From Reclinomonas americana ATCC 50394 (Eukaryota), in contig PS015099.1 in NCBI GenBank assembly GCA_048213135.1, forward strand, positions 8,547 through 57,656: DNA of 49,110 nt, given 5' to 3'. Below are positions 23,558 through 35,811 of the stretch, piece after piece. The notes under the pieces are model-generated. The model searched no databases. It was not told the DNA's origin and worked only from the letters and a program-made list of their open reading frames with translations. The position numbers and the translations under genes were made by a program. Numbering within the stretch: position 1 is the first letter of the stretch; every line of letters begins with the position of its first letter.

Positions 23558-23831
23558 GGGTGTGTAGGGCAGTAGTGGTAGTGAATGAAGTATGTGATGG
23601 TTTATTGTTTAGCACCGGCGAAGGGAGGAGGCATGGAAGGCAGATGAGACAAGCAGAACAACCAATGGAAAGAGTGGAGAGAAGCATAGACAAGAGCTCA
23701 AGCAATGGTATGGTTTGGCACAGACATGGAGGGAAAGTGGACGATAAGGGTGGATGGACAGCATGCATTACTCCGAGTCAAACAGGACATTAGGCTTGTT
23801 CGTCTTTTTTGCGTGAGCGAGAGAGAGAAGA

Positions 23832-24266
23832 ATGGACGAGTTCCGCGGGGCCATTGGCATCGACTTGGGCACCACACACGCCCGCCTGACAGTGTGGGTG
23901 AGTGTGGCAAAAGAGAGGACTCACTGTCTCTCTCTGTTTGTCTCACTCTTCTCCTCCACAGGATCTCAAGAACCAATCCGCACGTTTTCTTCCCGACGAG
24001 TACGGCAACAACTCCATTCCAATGGTGATTTCCTTCACGGAAGATGGCATTGTTGTCGGTCAAAAGGCATTGGAGGCCGCAGAGGAAAATCCACTAAACA
24101 CAGGTGCGCCTTTTTCTTCTTTTTTGTTCTCTAATGGACGACTTGTGTGCTGATTATAACAATGTGTGTGTTACAGTGCATAGTGTGCTTCGTTTGCTCG
24201 GTCGCTCGTTCTCCGATGTTGCCGTGCAGCAGCTCATGACTGCGTGGCAATTCTCCGTTGTTCCAG
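23832..24266 (+). CDS. divergent Hsp70-like protein, N-terminal three exons
   Basis: [100 protein letters not shown]|. The first two intron positions match the canonical Hsp70, and the phase-1 end fits the exon starting at 22101 on the minus strand. Confidence 0.85.
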
Positions 24267-24336
24267 GTGCGATCTTGTCTGTCTTTTCTCTTCCCTCCTC
24301 CTCCTCCACTCTGCTCTGCTGTGAGTGCTGCTGCTG

Positions 24337-24378
<42 letters not shown>

Positions 24379-25105
24379 CTCTCTNNNNNNNNNNNNNNNN
24401 NNNNNNNNNNNNNNNNNNNNNNNNNNNNNNNNNNNNNNNNNNNNNNNNNNNNNNNNNNNNNNNNNNNNNNNNNNNNNNNNNNNNNNNNNNNNNNNNNNNN
24501 NNNNNNNNNNNNNNNNNNNNNNNNNNNNNNNNNNNNNNNNNNNNNNNNNNNNNNNNNNNNNNNNNNNNNNNNNNNNNNNNNNNNNNNNNNNNNNNNNNNN
24601 NNNNNNNNNNNNNNNNNNNNNNNNNNNNNNNNNNNNNNNNNNNNNNNNNNNNNNNNNNNNNNNNNNNNNNNNNNNNNNNNNNNNNNNNNNNNNNNNNNNN
24701 NNNNNNNNNNNNNNNNNNNNNNNNNNNNNNNNNNNNNNNNNNNNNNNNNNNNNNNNNNNNNNNNNNNNNNNNNNNNNNNNNNNNNNNNNNNNNNNNNNNN
24801 NNNNNNNNNNNNNNNNNNNNNNNNNNNNNNNNNNNNNNNNNNNNNNNNNNNNNNNNNNNNNNNNNNNNNNNNNNNNNNNNNNNNNNNNNNNNNNNNNNNN
24901 NNNNNNNNNNNNNNNNNNNNNNNNNNNNNNNNNNNNNNNNNNNNNNNNNNNNNNNNNNNNNNNNNNNNNNNNNNNNNNNNNNNNNNNNNNNNNNNNNNNN
25001 NNNNNNNNNNNNNNNNNNNNNNNNNNNNNNNNNNNNNNNNNNNNNNNNNNNNNNNNNNNNNNNNNNNNNNNNNNNNNNNNNNNNNNNNNNNNNNNNNNNN
25101 NNNNN

Positions 25106-26429
25106 GGAGGCCCTTGGTGGCGTCCGAGCCCGTGCCGGTCAGAATGGCGGCCTGCACGGCCGCACCGTACGCCACAGCCTCGTCGGGGTTGATGCTCTTG
25201 CACAACTCCTTGCCGTTGAAGAAGTTGCGCAGGAGCTCCTGCACCTTGGGGATGCGGGTCGAGCCGCCGACCAGCACCACCTCGTGCACCTCGCCCTTGC
25301 TCAGCTTCGAGTCGCGCAGCACCTTCTCCACCGGCTCGATGCACTTGCGGAAGAGGTCGGCGTTGAGCTCCTCGAAGCGGGCGCGGGTGATGGACGAGTT
25401 GAGGTCGACGCCTTCGTACAGCGCCTCGACGTGCACCGGCGTCTGGTGCTGGGCCGACAGGGCGCGCTTGGCGCGCTCGCAGGCCGTGCGCAGACGGCGA
25501 ATGGCACGCGGGTTGTTGGTGATGTCGAGCTTGTGCTTGCGCTTGAACTCCTCCACAAAGTGATTCACCATGCGGTTGTCGAAGTCCTCGCCACCCAAGT
25601 GAGTGTCGCCGGCCGTGGCCTTGACCTCGAACACGCCCTCGTCCAGCGTCAGCAGCGACACATCGAAAGTGCCGCCGCCCAAATCGAAAATGAGCACATT
25701 GTGCTCGCCCTGCATCGACGCCTGCTTGTCGAGGCCGTACGCAATGGCGGCGGCCGTCGGCTCGTTAATGATACGCAGCACCTCCAGTCCAGCAATCTGC
25801 CCGGCATCCTTGGTGGCCGTGCGTTGTGAGTCGTTGAAGTAGGCCGGCACCGTGACCACGGCCTTGGTGACCTTCTTGCCGAGGTACGACTCAGCCGTCT
25901 CCTTCATCTTGGTCAGCACCATGGCCGAGATCTCCTCGGCCGCGAATTGCTTCTCCTCGCCCTTGTAAATCACTTGAATCATGGGCTTGTCGTTCGGGCC
26001 CTGCACGACGCTGAACGGCCACAGCGCCTTGTCGGCCTGCACCGTCGGGTCGCTGAACTTGCGGCCAATCAGGCGCTTGGCGTCGAAAACTGCACGGGCA
26101 AAGAGGGAGGGTCAGTATTCAAATGGGCTCGAGAAAGAGATAATGAGGACGCAACTTGTGTTGAGCGGGTTCATTGCCGCGTGGTTCTTGGCGGCATCGC
26201 CAATCAGGCGCTCCGTGTCAGTGAAGCTGACGTATGAGGGTGTGGTGCGGTTGCCTTGGTCATTGGCAATAATGCTGACTTGGTTGTTCTCCTGCGCATG
26301 GAAGTGGTGGTGATGAGGAGGAGGAGGAAGAGGAGAGAGGAGAGATCAATGATGTGAACTTACCCACACGCCCACGCATGAGTACGTCGTACCCAGATCG
26401 ATGCCGATTGCTCCGTTGTAGGTGGCCAT
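25106..26429 (-). CDS. HSP70: cytosolic heat shock protein 70 (3' part in gap/inverted contig)
   Basis: Exons 26429-26364, 26291-26156 and 26089-25106: [43 protein letters not shown]...[15 protein letters not shown]...[11 protein letters not shown]...[14 protein letters not shown]...[12 protein letters not shown]...[11 protein letters not shown]...[11 protein letters not shown]. Confidence 0.97.
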
Positions 26430-27022
26430 TTGTTGTTGTTGATGCGATGTTGTCTCTGGATCGGAGGGAAAGTGAGCGATGAGGGATAGAGGGAGGGGCA
26501 AGAGTGATGAAGACTCACAGTTGTTAGAAGAAAGTTGAGGCGATCTGCGCTCGCGGAAAGAGAAGAAAAAGTACGATGACGAAAGCACCAGATCGACCAG
26601 ACTTTTTGTCGGAACCCGGCAAGCTTTTTCGCTGCAATCGGACGGGGGTCGGCAGCACCAGCCGACCGACCCCCGCCCGCAAGTGGACCCTGTCGGATCC
26701 AGGCAGGGTCGATGGCGCCTCCCTCCCTCCCTTCCATGATCACGGAGGAGGAGAAAGACTGTAATGACGTCAGCGCACCAAAGATGCGCGACATCGTCCA
26801 AAAAAAGCGCACTCGCTGACGCAAGCAACTTGTGACGCAATCACCAAATCGTCGTGTCGAAAAGTCATCGGAGGTTCGGGCCAACACACCACACCAACGG
26901 CACCCCAACTGCCGCGGTGGGTCGTGGGGGGGTCGTCCAGGGGGAGCTACAATGCAGTCACAATTTTTAGATACAGGAAAACTGTCGAAACTGCCAGAAA
27001 CGGACACACCTCTCCCCCGCGA

Positions 27023-30000
27023 TCAACCCCTGCCGCCCGTGTCCAGCGATCGCAACGCCGTGATGCGGAGCGAGTGCTGTGCACGTGGAGGCATGCGCGC
27101 CACACGATACTTGGGTCGGGCTGCTCCTCCGCCACCCGCCGACGACTCCGAACCCGCTGGCAACGGCGGCGGCGGTGCCGGCACCATGTTACGCACGGCG
27201 GCCGCTGCCTTGCTCTGGTAGTACTCGCCCGTCATGTCGAGAGATTGCAAATGGCCACCGCCACGCACACCCGACGTGCCCAGCGACGGTCGCATGGCCG
27301 CGAGGTACGCCTGCCGTTCAAAGTCGCCGGGACTCGGTGGCCGCGGCGACATGGATGGCGGCGGCGGCGGAAGCGGATCGACGCGCGGCAATGCGTGTCG
27401 CGGCGTGCCACTTGTGGCGTACTGTGGCAGCGTCGGCGATGGGGCACTGAACGCCACACTGACCTCGTTGACGGCACACGCCAGCGATCCGCGCGGCGTC
27501 TTGAGTTGCGGCAACGTCAACGGCGGCACGGTGGCGGTGGCCGCGGCGGTGGCGGTAAAAGCAGAAGCCTTGGCGGCTCGTGTGGGCGTCATGAGCAAGG
27601 ACGGCGGCGCGGTGGGCGGGTGAGGGGCGGCGGAGGCATACGGAGGTGACGAAATGTCGGTGACCGCCAGTACCGGCGACAGGCGCTGGCCGGCGGTCGA
27701 CGACGAACCACTGGTGACCATGGGGCAGAAGAACGGGAAGCGGTCGACGTCGTGAATGTTGGTGTTGTCCACCTCGTCGGGAATGCCCTGGTGCGCGGAG
27801 AGAGAGACTTTAGTGACAGGAGAAGACTGTCGCGAAGATGTGATGGAAGCGCACCTCCATGAGGTCGCGGTGCAGCCGGGCCGACAGCACGGCAATGTAG
27901 CGCAGCCAGTCTTGTGATGATTCGCCTGCGCGACGTGTCAGGAGAGGGAGAAGGGGAAGGGGAGAGAGGGGGGAGAGAGAGGGGGAAGGAGAAGGAGANN
28001 NNNNNNNNNNNNNNNNNNGAGAAGGGGAAAGGAGAAGAGGAAGGCGGAGGAGAAGGGGAAAGGAGAAGGGGAAGGGGAAGGGGAAGGGGGAAGGTGAAGC
28101 GGGAAGGAGAACGGAAGGAAACACGGATGAACAAGTAAACAGCCACAGTTGACGCACAGAGAGAGAGAAGAGCGAAAAGAGGAAAGTGGGATGAGAAAGA
28201 GAGAAAAAAGATGGGCGATAGTGAGAGAGAAATGAGATGAGAAAGCCAATTTCGGAACACACCTTGCGTGGCGGCCAGCTTGGCGGCACGATCCAGGAAG
28301 AGCGCATGCATCTTTTGCGTAACCTTTTCGACAAGCTGCTGTGCGCGCTCCTGAATGCGTCGAAACACGTCCGGATCGCTGCTTCTGTGCGTCAAGTTAG
28401 ACAAGGAAAAAAACAACTGTAGCAAACAAAGGCATCGCGCGCAACTCCCACGACCGCAGCCGATCTGTCGGTGCGCTATCGGCAAACGTGACAGCGGCTG
28501 ATCGTCGCCGCGTGCCCGTGGCGCGTGTGCTGCTGGGCGACTCGACCGCAGCCGGCAGTGGCGCCGGCTTCTCACTGCCGAGCCACCGATTGAACTCGTC
28601 CTCGATATTGCGCTCCATCTGCTTCATCGCCGTCTCGTGCAGCAGCTGCTGTTGTGCGAGCTGTGCTTGCGCTGCCACAGGTGGGGCGACGAGGCCCGAG
28701 GCCCGGGACTCAGCGGCGGCGGCGGCGGCGGCTGCTGCAGCAGCAGCGGCCTTGGCTTCCGAGGCAGCTGCCGTGGCCGAGGCGGCCTTGGCTTCGGCGG
28801 TACGGTAGCGGTTCTGCACCTCGATCAACTGCGCCTTGAGTAGCACGGTCTCAGCCAGCTCGGCGGTCTTGTCGCGCAGTCGGTTCTTTGCAGGTCACGC
28901 ACACAGCAAGTCGGTCAAACAGTCAACAAGGAGAAGTGAGCTAAACAAAGAGAGTCGCACCTGCAGATCCACCATGTCGTCGGTCTGCTTGCGGAACCGT
29001 GCCTCGGCGTCGGCCAGCAACTGCACCAGCTTGCGATGCTCGTCGTGTTCGGCGTCGACGGCGTGCTCGAGTTGCTCGTTGCGCGCCTTCAACTTTTCCA
29101 TTTCGGCCAGCATCGCAGCCGCTCCACTGTCGACAAAGCTCTCCAATTCGGTATTGCGCTTCGTCAGCTGCTGCATGCGTGCCTCCTGTGTGGCCAGCTG
29201 CTTCTCGTAGGTGGCACGCACCACACGCTTCGCCTCGCGCACCTCGTCCTGCGTGTACAGACGCCTCTTGGCCGTGTCGGCCGGACCATCCTGCAGCAGC
29301 GACTCGGGCACCAACTGTCGCAGACGAATTGTCTCCTTCAACAGTTCCTCTCGCGAGGAGTTGTAAAAGGAGGTGCGGTGCTCCATCTGTCGAGAGAGGT
29401 CCGCCAATTGCGTCGCCATCTCCTGATTCTCCAGCCGCAATCGTCGCACCTCAACGTCCAGACACTGCTCGCGCCACAACCACGGTCGAGAGGTCTGCAC
29501 CGACGGCTGCGGTACAGCAGCAGCAGCAGCAGCAGGAGCAGAGGCAGCGGAGGGCGATAGTAGCTGGGGAGGCGGAGGAGGAGCAGCAGCTGTGGGTGTC
29601 CTGGGTGACAGCATGTCCCCTGCAGCAGCAACGTCCTCCACCGCTTCGTCCACGACGGGAACCGGCTGCACAATCATGTCCACCACCGTGTCGCGATGAT
29701 GCACCACGAGCTGCGACGCTCGCTGCAACACCGTCTCCAACTCCTCAAACAGCGACAACACCGTCTCCGACACACTCTCGTCGCCAAACACCGGCCCCGT
29801 CACCTGCTGCCACTGCGACGACGGCAAATCGCTGCCCAGAGCCTCCCACAACTGCTGCTCCACAGTGCGATCGACAGGCGGCGGCACAGGCGTCTCCACC
29901 TCGTACGCCTGCAACACTCGCAATCGCTCGCACTCCAGCGTGTCCACCGTGCTGCGCAGCTGTGGAACCACATCCTGTGCCAACCACGATCGCACGGCTT

Positions 30001-30024
30001 TTACCAGTAGTCGCACCATGGAGA
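27023..30024 (-). CDS. uncharacterised coiled-coil protein with Pro/Ala-rich disordered regions (5' exons unresolved)
   Basis: The spliced frame runs across four introns from the acceptor at 30025 to the stop at 27023. Heptad-rich segments (VRRLRLENQEMATQLADLSRQME, LAEMEKLKARNEQLEHAV). No recognisable catalytic domain. Confidence 0.65.
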
Positions 30025-30335
30025 CTGCGGGGGGTGGTGGTGGTGGGGCGGGGGGTTGTGGAGGGGGAGGTGGTGGTGGATGAGGAGGTTGTGGAAGGTG
30101 AGCAGTGGTGGTTCGTGAGGCGGTTGTCGGGCTGGAGGGAATGGCGATCGGTCGTGGCCTGGAGAGAGGGAGGGAGAGGAGGGAGAGTGAGGGGGAAGGG
30201 AGACGACGGAAAGTGAGTGTGGGGTGAAGGGAAGGAGCGACGGGGAAGGAGAAGGGAGGGAGAAGGGAGGAGGAGGAGGAGGAGGAGGAGCAATGTGCAC
30301 ATGAGAAGGGTCGGGCTCAAGAGATTGGAGTGGGA

Positions 30336-30399
<64 letters not shown>

Positions 30400-30571
30400 A
30401 CGCATGTGAGAGGAGGAAGGACAGGATGATGTAGTTAGAAGTAGAAAACGCAGCTGGTAGAACGAACGTGGAGGTGTCGTGTCGTACGTACCGTACACTC
30501 CNNNNNNNNNNNNNNNNNNNNNNNNNNNNNNNNNNNNNNNNNNNNNNNNNNNNNNNNNNNNNNNCGCCGCG

Positions 30572-30605
30572 TCGTACGTACGTACGTACGTACGTACGTA
30601 CGTAC

Positions 30606-30660
<55 letters not shown>
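30572..30660. repeat. (TACG)n self-complementary microsatellite followed by (GA)n
   Basis: GTACGTACGTAC... at ~30574-30608, then a long GA tract. A degenerate TACG tract also occurs at ~35441-35475. Confidence 0.9.
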
Positions 30661-30663
<3 letters not shown>

Positions 30664-31486
30664 TGAGTGAATGACAGACGAAACGCATCAACGTGGCGTT
30701 GTCTATCATTCACACACACACACTCACTCTCTCACACACACTCTCTCTCTCACTCACCAACTCAGAGGATCCTTTGAGTGCGCAGAGACAGGGCGTGCGC
30801 GATTCGCCGACGACGAAGGCGTCTTTTCACTTTCATCATTGTCGACACTCCCCGACGTGTCAATCACAAAGTCGACCACGGCCACTGTCGCGCGTCGATG
30901 TCGATGTCGACGGTGCTCCAGAGCACGTGACATGAGAGCACAGACGACACGCACTCTGCTCCGAAGTGCACAACGCGTGTGATCACTGTATACACAGTGT
31001 GTTCTACAGAAACCGCAACAAGACCAATTCATTCACCAACAAACTTCTTGATGACCAAGTTCAACCGTATCCAAAACATCAACACAGACACCAATCTTGA
31101 GGCAGCAGCAGGTTCCTTTTGTGTGTGTGTTCGCTCTCGGAGCTCCGAACAAGTCGAGAACTGCGTTTGACCAGTGGATTTGACGCACTTGCATAGACGC
31201 ATAGCGTTTTCTGCGATCGTACACGGCACATCGAATTCGGGAAAAGGCCATAAGCCAGGCAAACAAAGCAAAGCCGGGTCCGGATCCGTGAAGCAAGCAA
31301 AGCAAAAACAGTGGAGGTGGCTGGTTGCGTGAAAGCAGAGCCAGTGTCAGCAGTTACTGCCGTGCAGAGATGACGCGAACACAGGCACCCACGTGTGCCG
31401 CCCAAATGACAAGATCATGCCGCCTATATGTCTTTCCTCACTCTTTATTCACTTTCTCCCACCCCACCCACCCCTTTAGTGCCACT

Positions 31487-32677
31487 CTACACCGCCTCAT
31501 TCCCCGGCCCCTCCACTTCGGTGGCATCAAACGACGACGACGAGCGGCGACGAGTACGCTCGCGTGAGGTGTCGCGCAACTTGCGCAGGCGATCGCGCAT
31601 CGAGTCGAGCGTGGCCGTGGCCTCGGCCGTGTTGTCCGCCAGCTTGGTCGAGCTCTGGCTAATGGCGCCACGTACGCTATCCTCCAGAGCATCCCACTTC
31701 TTGCTGCGCGCGGCGTCATCATCGCCGTCGGTGCCATTGGTGCCAGTGGTGGCGGCAGCAGCGGGTGGCGGCGCATCGGCAGTCAGATCGGTGGCATTGG
31801 CGGTCTTGATCTGCTGCTGCTTGCCGCTGCGCAGGCGTGCGGCCAGGCGCTTGGCCTCGGCCAGTGCTTCCTCGCGCTTGCCCGTCGCCGGTCCCTTCGG
31901 TGACTTCGGGGCCGCGGCTGCGGCGGCAGCAACAGGTGCAGGCGACGACGATGCGGCGGCGACCGGCGAAGACAGTGTCGCCGCAGTCGCCGGCTTGGTA
32001 GGTACGGGGAGACGCGACTGTCGCGAAGCCGATCGTGGTGTGCCACTGTTCGCCGAGGGGGAGGCGCCCGTTGGCGACGGCGGCACCGCATCCAAACACG
32101 TCGACACCACCGTCGACAGTCGCTTCAGCGCCTGCTCAAATCGCTGCGCAGGCGATGGTGCAGCAGCCTGCGGAGAGGTGAGGTCCACTGCCGCTGCTGT
32201 CGGCTCCTCCAACTCCAGCTGCAGCTTGCTCACATCGACGCCCTTGCGCGTCAACTCGCTCGTCACACGCGACTCGAGCGACGCCGCCACTTGCTCCAAC
32301 GCACACACAGCACTCGAGTACTCGTCTCCGCCACTACCCGCGGCACCAGTCGTGCTCTGAGCGCTCTCTTTGTGAGCAACAATGTGATACGAGGGAAGAG
32401 GAGAGTCAGATCGATCTCACCTCATCGGCTTCCGCGAGCCTCGCCGCCCACCGCTGCTTGGTGTTTGCGTGCCGCTCTGCGTGTGACGTCAGCGTGCACC
32501 TCAGCTTGCCCATCTCCTGTGACCACAGAAGAGTGCGTGAGCAAAAAACAAACAAACAACAAAGATCCAAATATCGCGAGCATGACACACCTCACTCAAG
32601 AACGACACACGACTCTGCAGCGACTGCAACAGCGTCGTCGACGACAACGGACTACTCACAGCTTCCTCCTCACTCAT
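31487..32677 (-). CDS. uncharacterised protein, paralogue A of head-to-head pair (2 introns)
   Basis: MSEEEAVSSPLSSTTLLQSLQSRVSFLSE|EMGKLRCTLTSHAERHANTKQRWAARLAEADE|STTG...KREEALAEAKRLAARLR...GPGNEAV*. Confidence 0.8.
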
Positions 32678-32801
32678 CGCACACACAACAAAACAACACA
32701 AGCAAGTGCGAAACTGAGCTCCACCCAAAAAATCGGTTTCTCCGGGCGGTTTTTTTCCACAAGACTAATAATTGATAGACACACACACACACGCGTAAGC
32801 C
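32678..32801. promoter_or_regulatory. putative bidirectional promoter (124 bp)
   Basis: Lies between the divergent ATGs at 32677(-) and 32802(+). Contains AAAATCGGTT-N8-CGGTTT at 32729-32752. Confidence 0.55.
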
Positions 32802-33853
32802 ATGAGCAACACTTGTGACGATGGCACTCTGTTGGGCTCACTGCAGGAGCGAGTGGGCACGCTGGGCGAGGTCAGTGAATCCTCACACACACACACACAC
32901 ACACACACTTGCGCTCACACACTCACACACAGTCAATGGATCGCCTTCGCGCCACTCTGTCAACACACGCGGCCTCACACGCGGCCTCACGCGAGAGATG
33001 GGCGCATCGACTGGAGGCACTGGGATCGCCCATGTCATCGCCCTCGCCCTCCGTGACCGCGATCGCGCCCAGCATCGCGCTCGGATGGGAGTCTCAGATG
33101 CGACAGGCGCTGGAGAGCAAGGGCTACGGCGCCGAGTTGCCACCTCCACTGGAGGAGGACGATGACAATGAGGAGGTCGTCGCGCGCGTCGATGCCCTGC
33201 TCAGCATGTGTGTGCAGCTGTTGCCTGCTCAGTCGCAGTCATCGCCACCGCAGCCGGCGCCGGTCGCCGCGCGTCGCATCGCACCGGCTGCTAGTGCGAC
33301 TACGCCGGCAGTGGCGCCACCTCCGGCAGCAAAGACGGCGCGACCGGCATCTGCAAAGACGACGACGTCGACGACAGCGCCCAAGCCGTCATCGCTGAAG
33401 CCGACGCTCAAGTCGCCGCCGGCCAGCAAGCTGCCATCGGCTCCGGCGGCCAAGTCGCCCACAACAACGACGACAACGACGACGACTCCAAAGGCAGCGG
33501 CAGCACCCAAGTCGCCGAGCTCGACTGCCAAGCCGGCGGTGCCCAAGTCGCCGTCGTCGTCGTCCACTGCGACACCAGCGCCGGCCAAGACGCTGGCTGG
33601 TGGCGCGCGCAACAAGAGCGCTGCGGGCAGCAGCAAGCTGGCGGCACCCTCGGCGGTGACGACGGTGGTGACGGAGCCGCAGTCGCCGGCGGAGAGCGAG
33701 CAGTTGCCGACGACGCCGAAGAATCCGGCCACGCCCAACGGGAAGCGGCAGGAGGCCATTGCTGAGGCGCGCAAGCTGGCGGAGCGGTTGCGCAGGGCGT
33801 CGGTCGATGCTACGTCGGCCGGCAGTGGCGAGCAGGCGTCGGAGGCGGTGTGA
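32802..33853 (+). CDS. uncharacterised protein, paralogue B of head-to-head pair (1 intron)
   Basis: MSNTCDDGTLLGSLQERVGTLGE|SMDRLRATLSTHAASHAASRERWAHRL...(Lys/Ser/Pro-rich, several KSP)...KRQEAIAEARKLAERLR...QASEAV*. Confidence 0.82.
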
Positions 33854-33970
33854 ATCGGAATGAGTGCCGACTGAAAAATGCCTATCCCCCCCACACGCAC
33901 TAATCTCTTTTTCTCTGTGTTGATTTTGATGATGTTATTTTGTTGCTGTTGTTATTATACTGAGCGAGTA

Positions 33971-35583
33971 TTATGAGGAAGGCGTGGGGGACGAGGGGTC
34001 CTTTTTGACGAGACGGTAGATGGCTGACTCCTGGAACTTGCGCGTCTGAATGTCGCCCTCCTCGCTAAAGACCATGTAGTGCTCGTCGCCAATCGCAAAG
34101 TACTCCACGTCGGTGGCGCCCACGGTGTCGAACCGCTGGTGTACACGGAAGCGACGAATGGTCGGCTCGTACACGTAGACGGTGGAGCGCGCGTGATATC
34201 GCTTCCCGTGTCGGTCGCCAAACTCGGCCACCGCCAGGAACTGGAAGCCGGCCGCGGAGAAGAACTCGGCGGCGTGCGCTCCATCGGTGCCCATTTCTTG
34301 CACCAGCGAGAAGTCGTCGGTGGCCGGGCTGTATGAGTACAGTTGCGAGGCAATGTGCGGCGTGTTGTCGTCGCGATCGTTGCTGGGAATAGGGGGAGAT
34401 GAGAAACGCGACATGGAGAACAACAAAGCAGAAAGAAAGAAGCCTCCTCGCCCCTTCCCTTCTCCTCCACCCTTTTACCCTTCTCCTCCACCCTTTTGCC
34501 CTTCCCCTTCCCCGTGCCCTTCTCCCCACCCTTTCCCTTCCCCTCACCTAAAGAACACGAAATGCTCGTTGAACATGTGGAACGCTTCCGCATCGTGCGC
34601 CCCGGTCGTCGGCACCGACTGACGCGGCACAAACTGGTGCCGCGAGAAGTCAAACTCCCACATCACCGACGGCGTGTGCCAGCCTGACTGCCGCGAGTGG
34701 TACGCGGCAGCGGCGAGGAACACGCGGTGCGGGCCAACCAGCGACACAGCCATGCTGGCCACGCCGGGCACGACCAGCTGCTGGAACGGCTTGAAGGGCG
34801 GCTCGCTGCCCGTGGCCTCCGGATCGAAGCGGAACACGGCAAGACGCGACGCAAAGTTCTCCGCCACCGCCAGATACAGATCGTCGTCAATGTAAAAGGC
34901 CTCCAGCTGGCCAGCACCGTCCGACACAATCACCTGCGATCGAGCCTCGTGCTGTGAGCAGAGCAAGAGAGAGAGAGAGGAAGAGAAGAAGATCGCCGCT
35001 GACCTGTCGCTCCACAAACTGCGTGCCATCGTGCTCATACACCACCGACGTTTTGCCGTAGTAGTTGGGCACGGCGAGGAAGTGTCGCAGCTTCTCGCCC
35101 TTCTTGCCCGTCGCCGTCGGATAACAAAAGGCCTCCCAGCCGTGCGCTCCAATGGTGGTCAGATGCTGAATGCCCTCCAGTGAGAGACCTCCATGTGGCG
35201 CACTCTCGACGCGGAAGATCACCGACGAGGCAGCCATGTTGGGGCCTAGGTGTGTGAAAGGGACAGAGGGTGTGAGAGGGAGAGAGAGAGAGGCAAAGAG
35301 TAACAGGTTCGTCGTCATTCTTGTTCCTCTTCTTCTTCTCCTCCTCCTCCTCCTCCTCCTCATCCTTCTTCTTCTTTTTCTCCTCCTCCTCCTCCTAGTC
35401 ATCCTTCTTCTTCTTCTTCTTCTTCGTCGTCGTCTTCTGTCGTACGTACGGTACGTCGTACGTACGTACTACGGTACGACACTACGACACACGACACTAC
35501 GTCTACTCGTACTACACTACCACTACCTACTACCAACGNNNNNNNNNNNNNNNNNNNNNNNNNNNNNNNNNNNNNNNNNNNNN

Positions 35584-35645
<62 letters not shown>

Positions 35646-35665
35646 TCGTCGTCTCGTCTCTCGTC

Positions 35666-35718
<53 letters not shown>

Positions 35719-35774
35719 CCTCCTCCTCCTCCTCCTCTCTCTCTCTCTCTCTCTCTCTCTTCTTCTTCTTCTTC

Positions 35775-35811
<37 letters not shown>

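Noticed and set aside
22509-25563. Long ORFs spanning N runs and poly-L/poly-S/poly-ER ORFs
   Set aside because: Artefacts of assembly gaps and GA/CT microsatellites.
30754-31032. Minus-strand VVDFVIDTSGSV resembling a vWA MIDAS motif; possible 5' exons of the coiled-coil gene
   Set aside because: No rest of a vWA domain, and exon phases could not be linked reliably across the gap.
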